A stretch of DNA of 62,750 nucleotides, the filler included, from Asterionella formosa (lineage: Eukaryota), in assembly GCA_002256025.1 (NCBI GenBank). It is 12 parts of 12 records of this genome, joined end to end, with 100 filler letters (N's around TTAATTAATTAA, not from the genome) between each part and the next. Parts side by side here need not be neighbours in the genome. Positions count along the whole stretch, not along the records: positions 1 to 23,671 come from NKIB01002423.1; positions 23,772 to 25,210 come from NKIB01002436.1; 10 more parts are not named here. One strand, written 5' to 3'. Shown here in pieces: positions 12,246 to 24,661 of the stretch (the stretch's first letter is position 1; every line of letters begins with the position of its first letter). A program made the translations under genes and the position numbers. The notes under the pieces were generated by a model, which ran no database searches, was not told the origin of the DNA, and was given only the letters and a program-made list of their open reading frames with translations.

Positions 12246-13410
12246 GATTTGGACGAAAACTTGTTGAAAATGTTCCAAAAATTGCCAATAAAGGGTAGTT
12301 TTGTTTTATGTGTGATTCTATAATTTTGCTCGCTTAATTTTCTAAAGGTTATTCAACTTATCAAAAATTCTATCATATAATGTAGTTTGACTACTTCAAC
12401 TATTTCATACTACATGGGAAACAAATCTCAACATGCAATCAAGGCTGTTCTTTCAGAATGGAATCTTCAGTCTTGAGAAGGCAGTCATTATGAGAGGTCT
12501 GTATGGACAATGGAAGAAGAGAAGCCCTTCATTCAGAATGGAACAATCTTCACTCTTGAACAGGCATCATTGTGCAAGCAACATTGCAACAGGAATGCAC
12601 CACACTGGCTTCCATCTTGTCCCCGAAATGCCTTCTTCATTGACCTACAAAGATTAACATACATAGTAACAGTATGTCAGTAATTCATTCGATAGAAATA
12701 GCTAAAGCAGAAAGCAACACACACACACACACATCCGCCATTCAACTGTTTCACGGAGCTGTTTGATTTACAGCAACACACCTGTTACCAGCATCAGCCA
12801 GACAGCACCACAACTCACTCATGCGTTCAAAAGGACGGTCCTATTCTGAGATGGCCTGCTAAAATTTAAAATAAATGTAGAGAACAATATCAGATCAGTG
12901 TGATTCATCACTTCCTTTGCTGATATCTTGAAAAAACTTCTTGAAAATTACCCTTACCTTAAAAGCCTCGATTGTGGATCTCCATGTTGCATGATTTCAC
13001 CTTCTAGTACTATCATTCCTGCTTCAAAAGAAGACTTTTTCTGAAAAGGCCTGTTCAAATTTCAAATTAAATGTTGAGAACAACGGCAGATCTTCTTGCT
13101 ATGTGGCTTCGATGCATAAGGTGAAACGTTCTATGTTCTTTGGTAGAGTACCTGGTAGTTGAAAACAAATTCCTATACACTCGATTTAGCTACAGTCTAT
13201 CAAGTACAGATGCGCGATGCTAACTCATGACCTGGCAAATACTAAAAAGCTATGTCAAAATAAGACAGGAGAATTAGGAAGCTTCTCCTCCTAGCAAATA
13301 ACTGCAAGTCATCGATTCAACTTGATCCATTACAGAGAGAAAAACAAATTAACTTCTCCTATGAATCAATAACTGAAACTTCAAAAATCGATTTTATTGA
13401 TTCAACTTGA

Positions 13411-14280
13411 TCAATTAGGTCCACTTGACAGTGGAGTTTCATCATCATCATCAGGTCCACTTGGATCATCAAATACATCAGTCTTTTTGTGATGCTTACG
13501 TCCCTTCTTTTTGGGGGCCTTGGTTGTGATTACAGGTGTAACAGCAGTGGGACCAACCGGAGCATTCGTTGGGACTTTGGTTGGCTTTGGAGCATTCGCT
13601 GGGACCTTGGTAGTAACCGGAGCATTCGTTGGGACCTTGTTAGTGACCGGTGCATTCGTTGGGACCTTGGTAGTGACTGGAGCATTCGTTGGGACCTTGG
13701 TAGTGACTGGAGCAGTCGTTGGGACCTTTGTAACAACCGGAGAAGTGGAACTCAGCAAGAATTGAGAATAGTAATACTCGCTTAGACCGTTGCTATTTTG
13801 TACCACAATTGTGATATCCAAAGGCATGCTGGAGGCAACGCCAGTCACTTTGAGCGTGGTAGTTATGGAGGTCTTGGAGTTGCTGTTGGTGTGTGTGACA
13901 CCTCCGACGTTGCTGCTAGTACAATAGAAGCTGACTTGCATGTTAGTGCCAACAGGAGTTAAGGAATTAATTTCTCCAACCTTTCCGAGTCTCACAAGGA
14001 ATCCCTTGAATGCTTTTGTACCGGTGATGACCAAGTTAGTATTTGTGTTTGTAGGAAAAGTGGAAACAACATTGGGAGTGAGCACGGAACCACCGAGCGT
14101 CACAGCGTAGCTTCCGGTGGCAAGTGAACCCGTTTTGATGGTATTTCCTCCTAGCAAATGATCAGACCCTGCAAGTGCATTATTGCCTGAATTGCAGCTA
14201 CCAGCGCTTGATGGAAAAGCAAGCACTGACGATTTGCAAAGAGCAACTGCAAGGAGAAGGAGTGGTTCAGCGATGAGCAT
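13411..14280 (-). CDS. Secreted protein: signal peptide, Reeler-like domain, Thr/Pro mucin-like repeats, Lys-rich then acidic tail
   Basis: Intact 289-aa ORF. Hydrophobic N-terminus MLIAEPLLLLAVALCKSSVLA. FKGFLVRL...C...GGVTHTNSNSK...LDITIVVQN resembles Reeler. About six copies of VTTKVPTNAP (30-bp unit, 13555-13740). Confidence 0.8.
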   Translation of the reverse strand: MLIAEPLLLLAVALCKSSVLAFPSSAGSCNSGNNALAGSDHLLGGNTIKTGSLATGSYAVTLGGSVLTPNVVSTFPTNTNTNLVITGTKAFKGFLVRLGKVGEINSLTPVGTNMQVSFYCTSSNVGGVTHTNSNSKTSITTTLKVTGVASSMPLDITIVVQNSNGLSEYYYSQFLLSSTSPVVTKVPTTAPVTTKVPTNAPVTTKVPTNAPVTNKVPTNAPVTTKVPANAPKPTKVPTNAPVGPTAVTPVITTKAPKKKGRKHHKKTDVFDDPSGPDDDDETPLSSGPN

Positions 14281-15421
14281 TGTCCTTTTTGTTTTTCGAA
14301 ATTAGATAATGTGAGAATCTTTCCCGACACCAAATGGAAATGGTGTGGGTAACAAATGAGAAGAATCATTCCTCCTGCCAACAACGTTCAGGAAGAACAA
14401 TACCGCCCAGGTAAAATGTCTATTCAATCATTTATCTGTTTGTTGGTAACTATCTTGGATGTACAATGTCCGAAAGTAGACAACGACACGTATAAAAACG
14501 ACTGTGTATCTTGGCAAGGACTTGATTGAAAAAACGTAGAGGTAAACTACATGTTACAATTCTAAATTCTGCTGTTTATCGATGTGTGGTATGACAATAT
14601 TTTTTCAAAAAATGATAAACTCGTTGTTATCGGATGAGACATTTGTTGTTTTGTCACAACAAGACCTGTACCTTGTCACTGGTCCTCGGACTACCCGATG
14701 CTGTACCATGTGCACGGAACAGGTAAGCACAGCCAAGAGAAGTATTGTGAAGGTACGGGTATGTAGGAGTACCTATTATTTGCCGTCACCAGTCTGGGCA
14801 CCACTCGAATCATGTGGACTCGTGCCAAATGCAACATTTACCAGCAACATATAGCCGTTCATATGTTGGACATTTGTTAGTGGGACGTGGTTCATTTCTG
14901 TGTAAATGTAATGAATACCAGGTAAAAGCAGTAGAGTTGATGACACACCTGGTACTGTCAGTCCTGAATTCATCTCGCGAGCCGGTCATTCTCTAGACTC
15001 GCCTTCACAATACTTATTTACCGGTCCCGGATGTGTTTTTATTTTATAGAGATCATGAGTACATGTACGTCACATAAATATTTACCGGCAGGAGAAAGTT
15101 ATGACAAAGTGTCAAATAACAAAACTCGGAGTATTGAAGGATACATATTAGTGTCAGGTATCAGGTACTCACTCCGGTGCAAGGCAGTCGTGGTAGCAAC
15201 CATGCATGATCTTCGAGCTGCCGGGTACCAGTACCAGGTACATGGTATGTGCTATCTGGTATGCTCCCTCCGTCCAATAAGAGTTGCATCGATAAGTCAA
15301 TTTTATCCGGGGACATTTTGACTCCCATGATTTTCTCTGGCTCAATTGCCATATTGAGCAGCTTGCTCTAAGCTACAGATCCATGAATATCATAGATCTA
15401 GAAAAATTAAAATTGGCAACG

Positions 15422-16366
15422 AAGGCCGTTGCTAACCGTTGACCCAAAAACTTATTTTTGGATTGGTTTTGGTTTTGGTCAACTGATGAAAAAACGATGC
15501 TATCGGTTTTTGGGAAATCCTAAATGTTGTCAACCACCCATCTACTGTGACGTAGGATGACAAAACCATTATAAAAAAAGTAAAATATTTCTATTAGACT
15601 ACTTTTATAAATGAAATATTATGATTCTTATTTGGAATTAGTTAGTTTTCCCCGCAATTTACCGGTAGTGCCATAAATATATATACTCCGACCACACTTC
15701 TTCATGATGAAATACAACTGACAGCAGTTTCAGCAACCCAGACAGAATTGAATGCCGCAAACAAAAACAATGGTGTCTTGGTACAAACGAATTGGCGATG
15801 CGCCATTACCTGCAACAAAACATCTACTGCTTACTTACCAGATATATTGATACAATGGGACGTGGCGATGCACCAGTCCCAGTTGCCGGAGCTATACCGC
15901 CACCAGCAGCCTCAGTTGAAGAGAACGACGAAGATGAAGTCGTGGTGACAGAAGATTGATTTATGTGTTCTGCATAATAAATCGAAGTCGATTTGTTGTT
16001 GTTGTTGTTCTCGTCAGTGTGGTATAATACCTGGTACCGGTACCGAATAGCTATTGTTGTATATAGATATGATATACCGGTACCGGCATATGATGCGTCC
16101 TACATGTAGTGATTCTGCGACGATATTTATTGGGTTTCTAGTGACTACATTCAAAGTAGTCAATATGGAATCCTACGTTTAGGTAACTTTGGGAAAAGAA
16201 CCTAAACGTAATGCGTTTGGGTAACTTATTGGGATATGGGCACGGAATCCCCTAAACGTAATGCGTTTGCGTTGGGTTTTTCACTCCTGTTAGCATCGTT
16301 TTTTAGGGTTACCGAAACCAAAACACTTTTTGGTTTGCGTTTTGGTCCACCGTTAGCAACGGCCTA
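15422..16366. mobile_element. Non-autonomous TIR element (~945 bp, hAT-like termini)
   Basis: Left AAGGCCGTTGCTAACCGTTGACCCAAAA vs reverse complement of right end TAGGCCGTTGCTAACGGTGGACCAAAA. Subterminal CCTAAACGTAATGCGTTT repeats at ~16201 and ~16251. No intact 8-bp TSD. Confidence 0.7.
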
Positions 16367-16499
16367 ACTGTACATTTGAAAAAACCTGTTTCGGCTTTTT
16401 CGACTTCCACTAGCTATTGCGCATCTCGAGCGAAATGCAGATGCCTGAACCCCTGTTTTTCTTACCACCAAAAAAATTGACGCTTCTCAACAAGCAAAT

Positions 16500-17430
16500 G
16501 AGAAATGATCTTACACCAAAAGAGTGTCAACTTTTGTTTGAGTGTGGTTTATGGAAGCTGAAAAAATGACCCAATGGATGTGATGAAATGGACAGTTGGC
16601 TTCTTCTAGTGCATGGAACCGTTAAATATTTGGTGGGACATTTCAAAGTGAGTAAAACAACTGTACAACCACATATATAGAACCGCAAACTCGAATCCTA
16701 TTATAATCTTGATAGTGATGTGTTTGCGTCGTTTTCCCGCAAATTCTAAGCACGCCGTCCTCTCAAATACAATCATGAAGAAATAATTGCAGCAATTAGA
16801 GATATCTCATAACGCAAATGTATGACTTAAAGTAAAATAGCAGCTGCTCTTGTACTTCCAAAGTCAACAGTTTTTTGAATTGCAAAGGATAATAGAGAGA
16901 ATGTAATACAATCACACACAATTGCGGTCAAGCCAAAGCTTACCAAGGAGGGTAAGATTAGTCGTTACATGTTTTGTTTTAAACATTTACAATTAAACCA
17001 TCCAGATCAAGAGCACCCGTCCCTTGATGTTGATTTTGATCCTGGAATGTTGGATATTACAATGGCTTCTATGACCGAGTCCATAATGATAAAAGGTGGT
17101 CGTTTGTTGCAGAAGAAAGTTGAAAATATATCTGGCTCATGGAGAATAGGCTCCCACAAGGCGAACAAAACATTAGGAGCATATCGAAAAGGTAGTATTC
17201 CTTTCAGCTGTAATAATGCTGCGTTTTGACGACAAAAAGGTGTGTACATTTGATGGTAAAATTGGAATTCGGCCATTTGTGCACCAAGTAGCGGCGCAAA
17301 GAAGTTCAATTAATCGACCAGCAGGGACATCGGAAACAAAGTCACTCCCAGTGACAAAACAGTCATTTGCTGACATGATTCTTAATAAGGTTTTACCTTT
17401 AATCAAAGAGAAGTGGCCTGATGGAAACAA
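16500..17430 (+). mobile_element. Tc1/mariner transposase pseudogene, DD39D-type (plant/stramenopile mariner)
   Basis: FDGKIGIRPFVHQVAAQRSSINRPAGTSETKSLPVTKQSFADMILNKVLPLIKEKWP matches the conserved FDGKIG.WPF...A.R.S.NR..GT.ETK...K.KWP block. Truncated, with stops upstream. Confidence 0.8.
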
Positions 17431-18411
17431 ACTAATATATGGTTATTCATATTTATTTTTTCTACACAGAACTAGAATTGCTATTATCTATGTGATCATT
17501 TCCTCCTTAACCGCCTCTTCGAATTCGACCCATACATCGAAAAATGTAAATATCACAACTCCATAACCTTGCATATTCATTTTTCTTTTTTTGCTCGCAG
17601 TTCAATAACTAAAGCAGAACAATTAACATACTGCGCTGCCTCGACTTTGTTATGCGCGATCCTCCTTGCAAGATACCCGACAATGCTCCTTTGCCCTCTG
17701 GGCGGGATGGAGGTCACAGTCCATGGTCACCTATAGGGTTTGCATAGAAAATATCAGAACTCTATCAGGAGAGAACTCGACTAACACCTATTGAATACTT
17801 TAGTGTCAACCTGGGAGAACGAGTTGCACAAAAGGATTAACTAATAAGCTCATGAATTCAAAATATGCTTCTACTTCTAGTTAGATACTTCACTTTGAAT
17901 TTAAAAAAGAGAATCAAATTATAATTAACAATGTGGTATTTTCAAGTCTTTTTTGCTCTCATTGATCAAGGAGTATAGGATAATTAACATCAAGACTCAG
18001 ACCTTTCTTTTACACCTAACAGGTCGACATTTGGAGTTTTTCGACTTACATGTGATCAATGGATGCTCAGTGGAAGCTATATATATATATATATGTAGAA
18101 ACAAAATTGTGTTTTTATTTTTAGCCAAACAAATATAAAAACATACAGATTTACTACAAGCTGGCGGTGCATCTTATAATTGCCATCAAGGTCTCATTGG
18201 AGGTTACGATGCGAGCAATCTACAATGATTTGAAGCTGTTCTGGTGTGAAATTTTTCTTCTTGTGCCTATTGGTTTTCAATGAGCATGGGAAAATTGGGT
18301 GTTTCGGAGGAAACATTCCCGAGGGGGCATGAATTTGTGAAAAATGCGCCAAAAAACGAGGTCAAGTTCGATTTTTTAGAGAAGAATAGAACATGTGTTA
18401 TATACTCCGTA

Positions 18412-18545
18412 GGGAACGGCTTATTGGTTAAGCACGTTGCCTTTGATCTGAGGTTGTGAGGTTCGATTCCCGCAATTGTTTGAGAAGCAATTGATGGGTT
18501 CGACTCCCACACTCCTTATCGTCTCATGTGGTCTTGCTTGGAGAT
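18412..18545 (+). mobile_element. tRNA-derived repeat with an A-box and two B-boxes (SINE-like); homolog at 41290-41390(-)
   Basis: A-box-like CGGCTTATTGG, then GGTTCGATTCCC and a second GGTTCGACTCCC. ~80 bp align to the reverse complement of 41310-41390. Confidence 0.6.
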
Positions 18546-19490
18546 TTTACCTCTTTCTTGAAGTATTCACAAATTAAAATTCGATGGTAGGCTAAAGTAT
18601 CTCCTACCCTCTCATTACCATCAACAAAGTAACAACAATGTTTCCTTCAAGTCTCATACTTGAATCCAACTGCATGCATACACCTTGCAATTGCAAAACA
18701 TGAGATCTTATTCAAGCCGTAGGTAAGTAGAAATTGTTCTTTGGTGTTGTGAAACCATCCTCAACTATTGGGATCACACTAGGATATTGAAGGGTAGCAC
18801 TTGTTCTTTGTATATCACCAATGTTCGCGCAGTTAATAGCATGACGCTTCCAATGTTGTATTGTTGGCTGGTTTATGTAGTGAACGAGGAGGTCAGCTGG
18901 AATCCAGTGCCCAAGTAGCTAGTAGTGATGACTCTGCCATCACCAAAGAAAAATATTGTCCAAACAACTGACAGTTTGATCTCATTTGTTTTGTAGTTTG
19001 GTTTTCGATTGGCACTACTATGATTGCGGTCCTCATGCTATCATGTCACAAAACACAAGGCACTGAAGGGAAGCAAAGGGAAACAACAAAATGCAATCAA
19101 GATGGTGATTGGTGATTGTTGTCACAACAAGAGATTCATGATCACGAAAAAGAATTTAGCTATATTTTTAGAAATACTGGTTTGCACCAGGCCTAGGAAA
19201 ACTACTTCCGGTATATGTTCGTCGATCATGCATGAGCCAGCCATGCTTATACCGGTACATACGAGAACAGCAAATTAGTTACTAATTCGTAAGATAGCTA
19301 CCGGTACAGGTATATATAATGGCTGTGTGACAGACAGCCAGGCAACAATCACGCGACACTCACCAATTCGCCTGTCCCTCGCCCGTATGATACCACTTAC
19401 CACCTACTCAACCCGATTCTCCTGCCACCATGGTCAAAGTCGCCGTCTTCATTTATTACTGACTACGTTTGCTCTTGACAATCAAACACA

Positions 19491-19960
19491 ATGATTGAAA
19501 TTGCTGCATTGGTGCTGTGCAAATTGGGAGGAAAGTCTGGATCAGCAGAGGAGATCAAGGCAGTCTTGACCGCTGCTGGGATTGAAGGATCAGATGATGA
19601 AATTGCGAAATTAACGGGTGATGTCGCTGATAAAGATCTGGATGTGTTGTTAGCAGAGGGCATGGAAAAGATTAAGGATGTTCCAATTGGAGGTTCCGGT
19701 GGAGGAGGTGGAGGGTGAGTTGAATCTTTCCTGTTGCTATTGTGTTAGAAGAAAATTATTCCCGCAACTAGAATATTTCTCATCTTTTTCTTGTTTGATC
19801 ATTTTCTATTCGTAGCGGCGGAGGTGGCGGTGGAGGCGATGCCCCAGCAGCTGCCGCAGCAAAGGAGGAAGAAAAGGAAGAGGAAGAAGAAATGGACTTG
19901 GGTGGCGGTATGGATATGTTCGGAGGCGACGAAGGTGGCGGTGGTGGTGGCGATTACTAG
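19491..19960 (+). CDS. RPLP2: 60S acidic ribosomal protein P2; exons 19491-19714 and 19816-19960
   Basis: MIEIAALVLCKLGGKSGSAEEIKAVLTAAGIE...DLDVLLAEGMEKI, a Gly/Ala hinge, and EEEKEEEEEMDLGGGMDMFGG...DY*. The GTGAGT...CGTAG intron preserves the frame. Confidence 0.93.
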
Positions 19961-20748
19961 AACATGTCAGCCTATTAAAAGAACATATATTATTATAATG
20001 GGAATACATACCAAACATTCCAAAATCGCCTCGCGGAAACTATCGGTTGTCAACACAATCAATATCAAGCGATAAGATAAATTGGATGTTGGAACGTCTG
20101 TGCGAGACAAAGGAAAGGCTGAGCTTTCTATGGAATACCATTCATTTCATGCACGTAGACAAGCTGTCCAGAAAACACAATTACATCTCGCCCTAGTTCG
20201 TCGTTGCTCGTCGTTATATTTTGCCAAGCGGGGGGGCTACTAAGACTAGTAGTATGTAGACAAGAAGTGAAGCAACTTGCCATTTCGACACAGATCCGGA
20301 GCGAAAGGTCCTGTTCCACACATCAGTTTACTCCGAATTCTATTTTTAAGTTACCTTAACCTTGACCTTGATTATTCACATGACTCGGACTCAATAACTG
20401 TACATGACGATGCATTTATTCTTAATATCAAAACGAGCTAATGGAGTCATTCATATTCTATCATCATAAAAAGGCAACTCCTAAGCACTACGAGCTGGAC
20501 AATTTTTTATGGTAAGGAAAGCAAAAATATACAATCATCAAGCCATCCCCATTCTGACTAATAAAAATATATAGGTATTCAATTTCAATATTATTGGGTA
20601 CTCTCACCAAAAACAGCTCCGTATCTGCGCATTGGTAAAGGAAACCCAATTCATATATAGACACAGTAGCATGCAGCGATGCGTTGAATGTGCTGCATGC
20701 AGTGATTCCATTCAAGCAAAACGACAAACAATGGGTCCCAGCTAAAAA

Positions 20749-21466
20749 TTAGATCGCTCCCTTCCCTTTTGATTTCGGGCGACCCCGACCTCGTTTTTTC
20801 GGCAACTCTTGCACGTGCTCCACCTCTTCATCGTCTACTTCCACGACGTCCTCGGCCTCATCCTCGTCGTGATCCCCCCCTCGGACACCTCCTGCTGCAA
20901 GCTCATCTTCGTCCGCCTGCAGCGCTCGGTCCTTCCAAGCTGCCTTTTCGATCGGGGTCAGACTCGCCCATTGCCGAGCCACCATTCCAATAATATCTTT
21001 GGATTGCAAAGAGGGCTGCATAGCCTTGAGCGAAGCGTAGTTTTCCTGTACGAAAATGGTGTATGCTGTGTGCTTGCGTTTGGGTTTGTTAGGGTCGTGA
21101 ACGCGCAGCCGCTTCTTGGGTTTCCTTCCTCGTCGCTTGCCCTTGTATTTCGGGAGGCCGTGCTCGTCGAGGGGCACTGTTGGTGTCAAGGAAAATGATG
21201 GAGGTTATTGTTTTATCATTAGCTAATAATAGAATCAGGAATTTTTAACAGGAGTAGAAACTGAGGCGCAAAGCTAGTGTTCTTAAAAACACACAGACAC
21301 ACGTACCGCCAAACTCTTCCAGCGACTCTCCGTACTGTTGAGCCAACATGTTGGCCTGTTCTCGAAGGCGTTTGGCCTTTTCTTCGGCTTGGTCTGCTTC
21401 CAACTTGATAAATCGGATCAGATCAGCCGTGGCCATTTTCGAAGAGGCAGCAGCAGCGAGAGTCAT
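20749..21466 (-). CDS. HMG-box protein with AT-hook-like motifs; exons 21466(or 21436)-21307 and 21176-20749
   Basis: HMG box DPNKPKRKHTAYTIFVQE...IIGMVARQWASLTPIEKAAWKDRA. KRRGRKPK and KRGRGRPK motifs, acidic stretch. The GTACGT...ACAG intron joins EEFG/VPLDEH in frame. Confidence 0.88.
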
Positions 21467-22530
21467 AAGGATTGATGATCTTGACGATGAGATGGCCTTC
21501 GTGATTGACGGAAAATAAACTCAAATCAGATACTGTGAAAGAAAGAGACGACCAAGCAGCAGCAGAGGAATCAGAACGTTTGTTATTAGATTACCTGGAG
21601 CCAGGCTGTGTTGCTGTTCCTTTCACTCCTACAGTAGACTCCAGGTACGGACGCTGATGCTTTATGCCAGTAGTAATTGAGAATGTAGATATACATTATG
21701 GATAAATGTGGTAGAAATTGCTACGTTTCGAGTCGGGCCGATTTGATGCGTTGAGAAGATTTGAAATCTGACAATATTTAAAAGAGGTGGCACAGATGTA
21801 GTACGGAAACTGGTGGTAATATGTATGGCATAATTTAAATAGTTTGTATTCAAAAAATTTTAAGTATACAAACGGTATATGTACGGAACATATCTGGTAG
21901 ATAGCAAAACAGCCGAACACCGTATCGGTGTATGACGGTTCAAACGTTCGTGTGAGTTTCAAGCACATGAAATTCTTGATTTCAGATCAGGTTATGAGCG
22001 TGTCAATGTTTTGGGTGCAACTATACATGAACAGAGGGAGGTGACAATGAAGAGTCTTGGACAGCCATTTGAAGATGACCCAACAAACAACAAATTTTGG
22101 GAACAATTTCTTAACAGCAGCAACAAAGGAATCTAGTAAGTAGATATGGATAAAGATTTGCAAAATGAGCAAGGCAATATTTGATTGCTTACCATGCAAT
22201 TGATAGTCGTCAAGTCAAGCAAATTAGTAGTGGAGATAAATCAGAACTGAATAATATGAGGAAACAAGAACCAGCACCAGCAATAAGAACCAGCATCAGT
22301 AATCGCAATGGACGATTAATAATCACAAGTAGGAATCATTTTACTACAAAGAATTTGAAGTCAAGAGACTTCAATACTTTTCGACCATATGCTGTAATTG
22401 CTATTATTGCATTTTTATTGTATGTAAATGTGATTGTATATTCTGGTTTCAACGGGAAGTCAGTGCTCCTTTCATAGCATTTCAACAAATATTCAAATCT
22501 CACATGAGGTGGAAATATTAAGACCTACAA

Positions 22531-23671
22531 TTATACATAGAACTCGGAACCAGCTATGACAAGGTCATATGGAGGAGGACTCAAACCGTAATTTCGGTTG
22601 TAGATTGCAATATAACAACCTGGAGGAAGAGGCCATTCATGAGGACCATATTGAACGTAAGTTGGAAGGTTATCATCATAAACCAAATCGCCTGAGTAGG
22701 CTAGATTGTCAGTAGTACAAGGCGCATCAACACAAGTATATTGCCAAGATGATGGATGATAATTGTAGAGAGTTGCATTAGTGGTGTTCAAACAGGGGTA
22801 GATACCAATCCAATCCTCTGGTTGGGGATTACAAACATTGAATCCAACCTTTATTGTGCCATTACATAGACAAGTTTCAAGCCAAGGCTCGCAAGATGAT
22901 GGGGCTGCAGAGACGGGAGCAAGACTCGGGGCGGGTGTGGTGGGTGCTAGGGTAGATGGATTAAACACATATTTGTCTGTACCAAAGCAGGGAGAACCAC
23001 CTGGTGGAATGGCAATCACGGTAACATCGGTGGAGAACGACGAACCACTGCACAAATCAATCGTCTGTGTTTCGGTGACAGTTACTGATTCTCCGGGTTG
23101 GAGTGAAGTAACATCGAGAGACCCGACCAATGAGACTGTGACAACGTTATGTGTACTAGAAAGATCTGTAAGATTCATTGAAGAAGACCCAGTATTGATG
23201 ATCACATAAGAGTAAGTTACATCAGTCATGCAGTCAGAATCGGTCGCTGGTGGTGGGATTGAGGCGCACTCAGTATTGTCAGGACCAACGCAAGTGACGG
23301 AGACCTGAAGAAAAAGAGGAAAAAGAAGTTAGGGCAATGCTAATTATTAAGGAAAACTTCAATTTCAAGAAAGGAATTCGGTGCGCTTTCTTACCTCGAC
23401 AAAGCAGACACCAACGGGTGCTAGGGTGACGGGAGCAGGAGTCTTAGGCATTTGTGGAGCTGGAGTGACAGGAGCTGGAGTGACAGGAGCTGGAGTGACA
23501 GGAGCAGGTGTGACAGGAGCTGGAGTAGCAGGAGCCAAAGTGGATGGAGTGAACACGTATGTGTCAGTTCCGAAGCAAGGTGATCCCGATGGTGGAATGG
23601 CTTCCACGGAAACATCAGTACTGAACGACGAACCACTGCACAAATCAATTGTCTTTGTCTCGGTGACAGTG
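22531..23671 (-). CDS. Cys/Pro/Thr-rich repeat surface or secreted protein, 5' end cut by the contig edge; intron 23305-23394
   Basis: Repeated beta-rich module (TETQTIDLCSGSSFSTDV.V.AIPP.GSPCFGTD.YVF) in two exons, PAPVT repeats (15-bp unit), and a C-terminal DWIGIYPC-containing domain. GTAAGA...TTCAG intron in frame. Confidence 0.8.
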
Positions 23672-23771
23672 NNNNNNNNNNNNNNNNNNNNNNNNNNNNN
23701 NNNNNNNNNNNNNNNTTAATTAATTAANNNNNNNNNNNNNNNNNNNNNNNNNNNNNNNNNNNNNNNNNNNN
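23672..23771. other. Artificial contig-joining linker (N44-TTAATTAATTAA-N44). The same linker occurs at 25211-25310, 48910-49009, 50449-50548, 51988-52087, 53527-53626, 55065-55164, 56603-56702, 58140-58239, 59677-59776 and 61214-61313
   Basis: 11 identical 100-nt spacers with stops in all six frames. Ten of the 12 contigs are 1437-1439 nt long, in decreasing size order. Confidence 0.98.
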
Positions 23772-23879
23772 TGGAGTAGTAGGTGGAATTGGCTGGTGCA
23801 AACATTGGACAAACCTTCTGGCTAGCTGGGTCAGAGAGGAATTGTTTCCAAAGTTAAATTCGTCACAGGTGATTATGAT

Positions 23880-24574
23880 TTGGAAATGAGGGAACCCGAC
23901 AGCATTGCTTGTGCTGTTCGTTATCATTTCCCATCACTCAGAAATGGTACTGACGAAGAGTTTGAATCATTTTGGTTCACATATAAGTGTGACATCAACA
24001 AAAATATGTCTGAAAAAAGGAATGCTGTTTCAACATCAATCAGAAAGGGTTTCAAAAGTAAGTTCAAAATGAGGTGTCGTGCTTGCTGTTGGCTTCCTGT
24101 TCCAAACAAGAATACTTAATTATAAAAACAGGAATGGTTGAGGATGGAAAGTTACAGTTCCTTTCCCGGAATACGATTGTTCAGTCCAGGACAGAACCAC
24201 CAGATGTTGGTAAAATTGAAGAGCATCTCTTCATTATTCTGGTGAATTACATTTTTTCTCGGGTAGTGAAGTATGGTGATTATGCTAGCCAAAAACACAC
24301 ACAAAATATGGCCTCCATCATGACTGTATCGGATGAAGCATATGCCTTGCTTGTCTTAGAAAATAGTGTTTTGGTGAAATGCCTCTATACAAACCATGGA
24401 GGAGTTGGCAAACGGTATGGAGGGTGGGAAACAAAGGGTTATGCAAGGTTCAATACAATTTATGATCAAGTCGAGCACCTACGTGAGTCTGCAAACAGCA
24501 TTGCTTTGGAGTCTATGTTCATGAATATGCAAAAGAAGGATACAAATGTGACCAAAATGGGAGGTAAGAAATGA
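23880..24574 (+). mobile_element. TE-associated hypothetical ORF, fragmented
   Basis: TVSDEAYALLVLEN...YT...KRYGGWETKGYARFN...V...R resembles accessory ORFs of stramenopile DNA transposons. Split over two frames, possibly by an intron near 24058-24132. Confidence 0.4.
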
Positions 24575-24661
24575 ATTGTTATTATCAATATTAGTATTAT
24601 TCTCATTTACTATCTAACACTAACGTAATCACAATTGTAATGTTGGTAAGTTCTTGCATAT

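Noticed and set aside
12853..13092. Short two-copy direct repeats here and at 3392-3697 and 5521-5615
   Set aside because: Ordinary local duplications in decayed sequence, with no evidence of LTR or TSD structure.
13489..13785. Alternative-frame and antisense ORFs over the mucin repeat (likewise 20769-21198, 22838-23719, 37729-38888, 42445-44470, 47635-47903)
   Set aside because: Shadow ORFs of real genes or repeats, with no independent protein signal.
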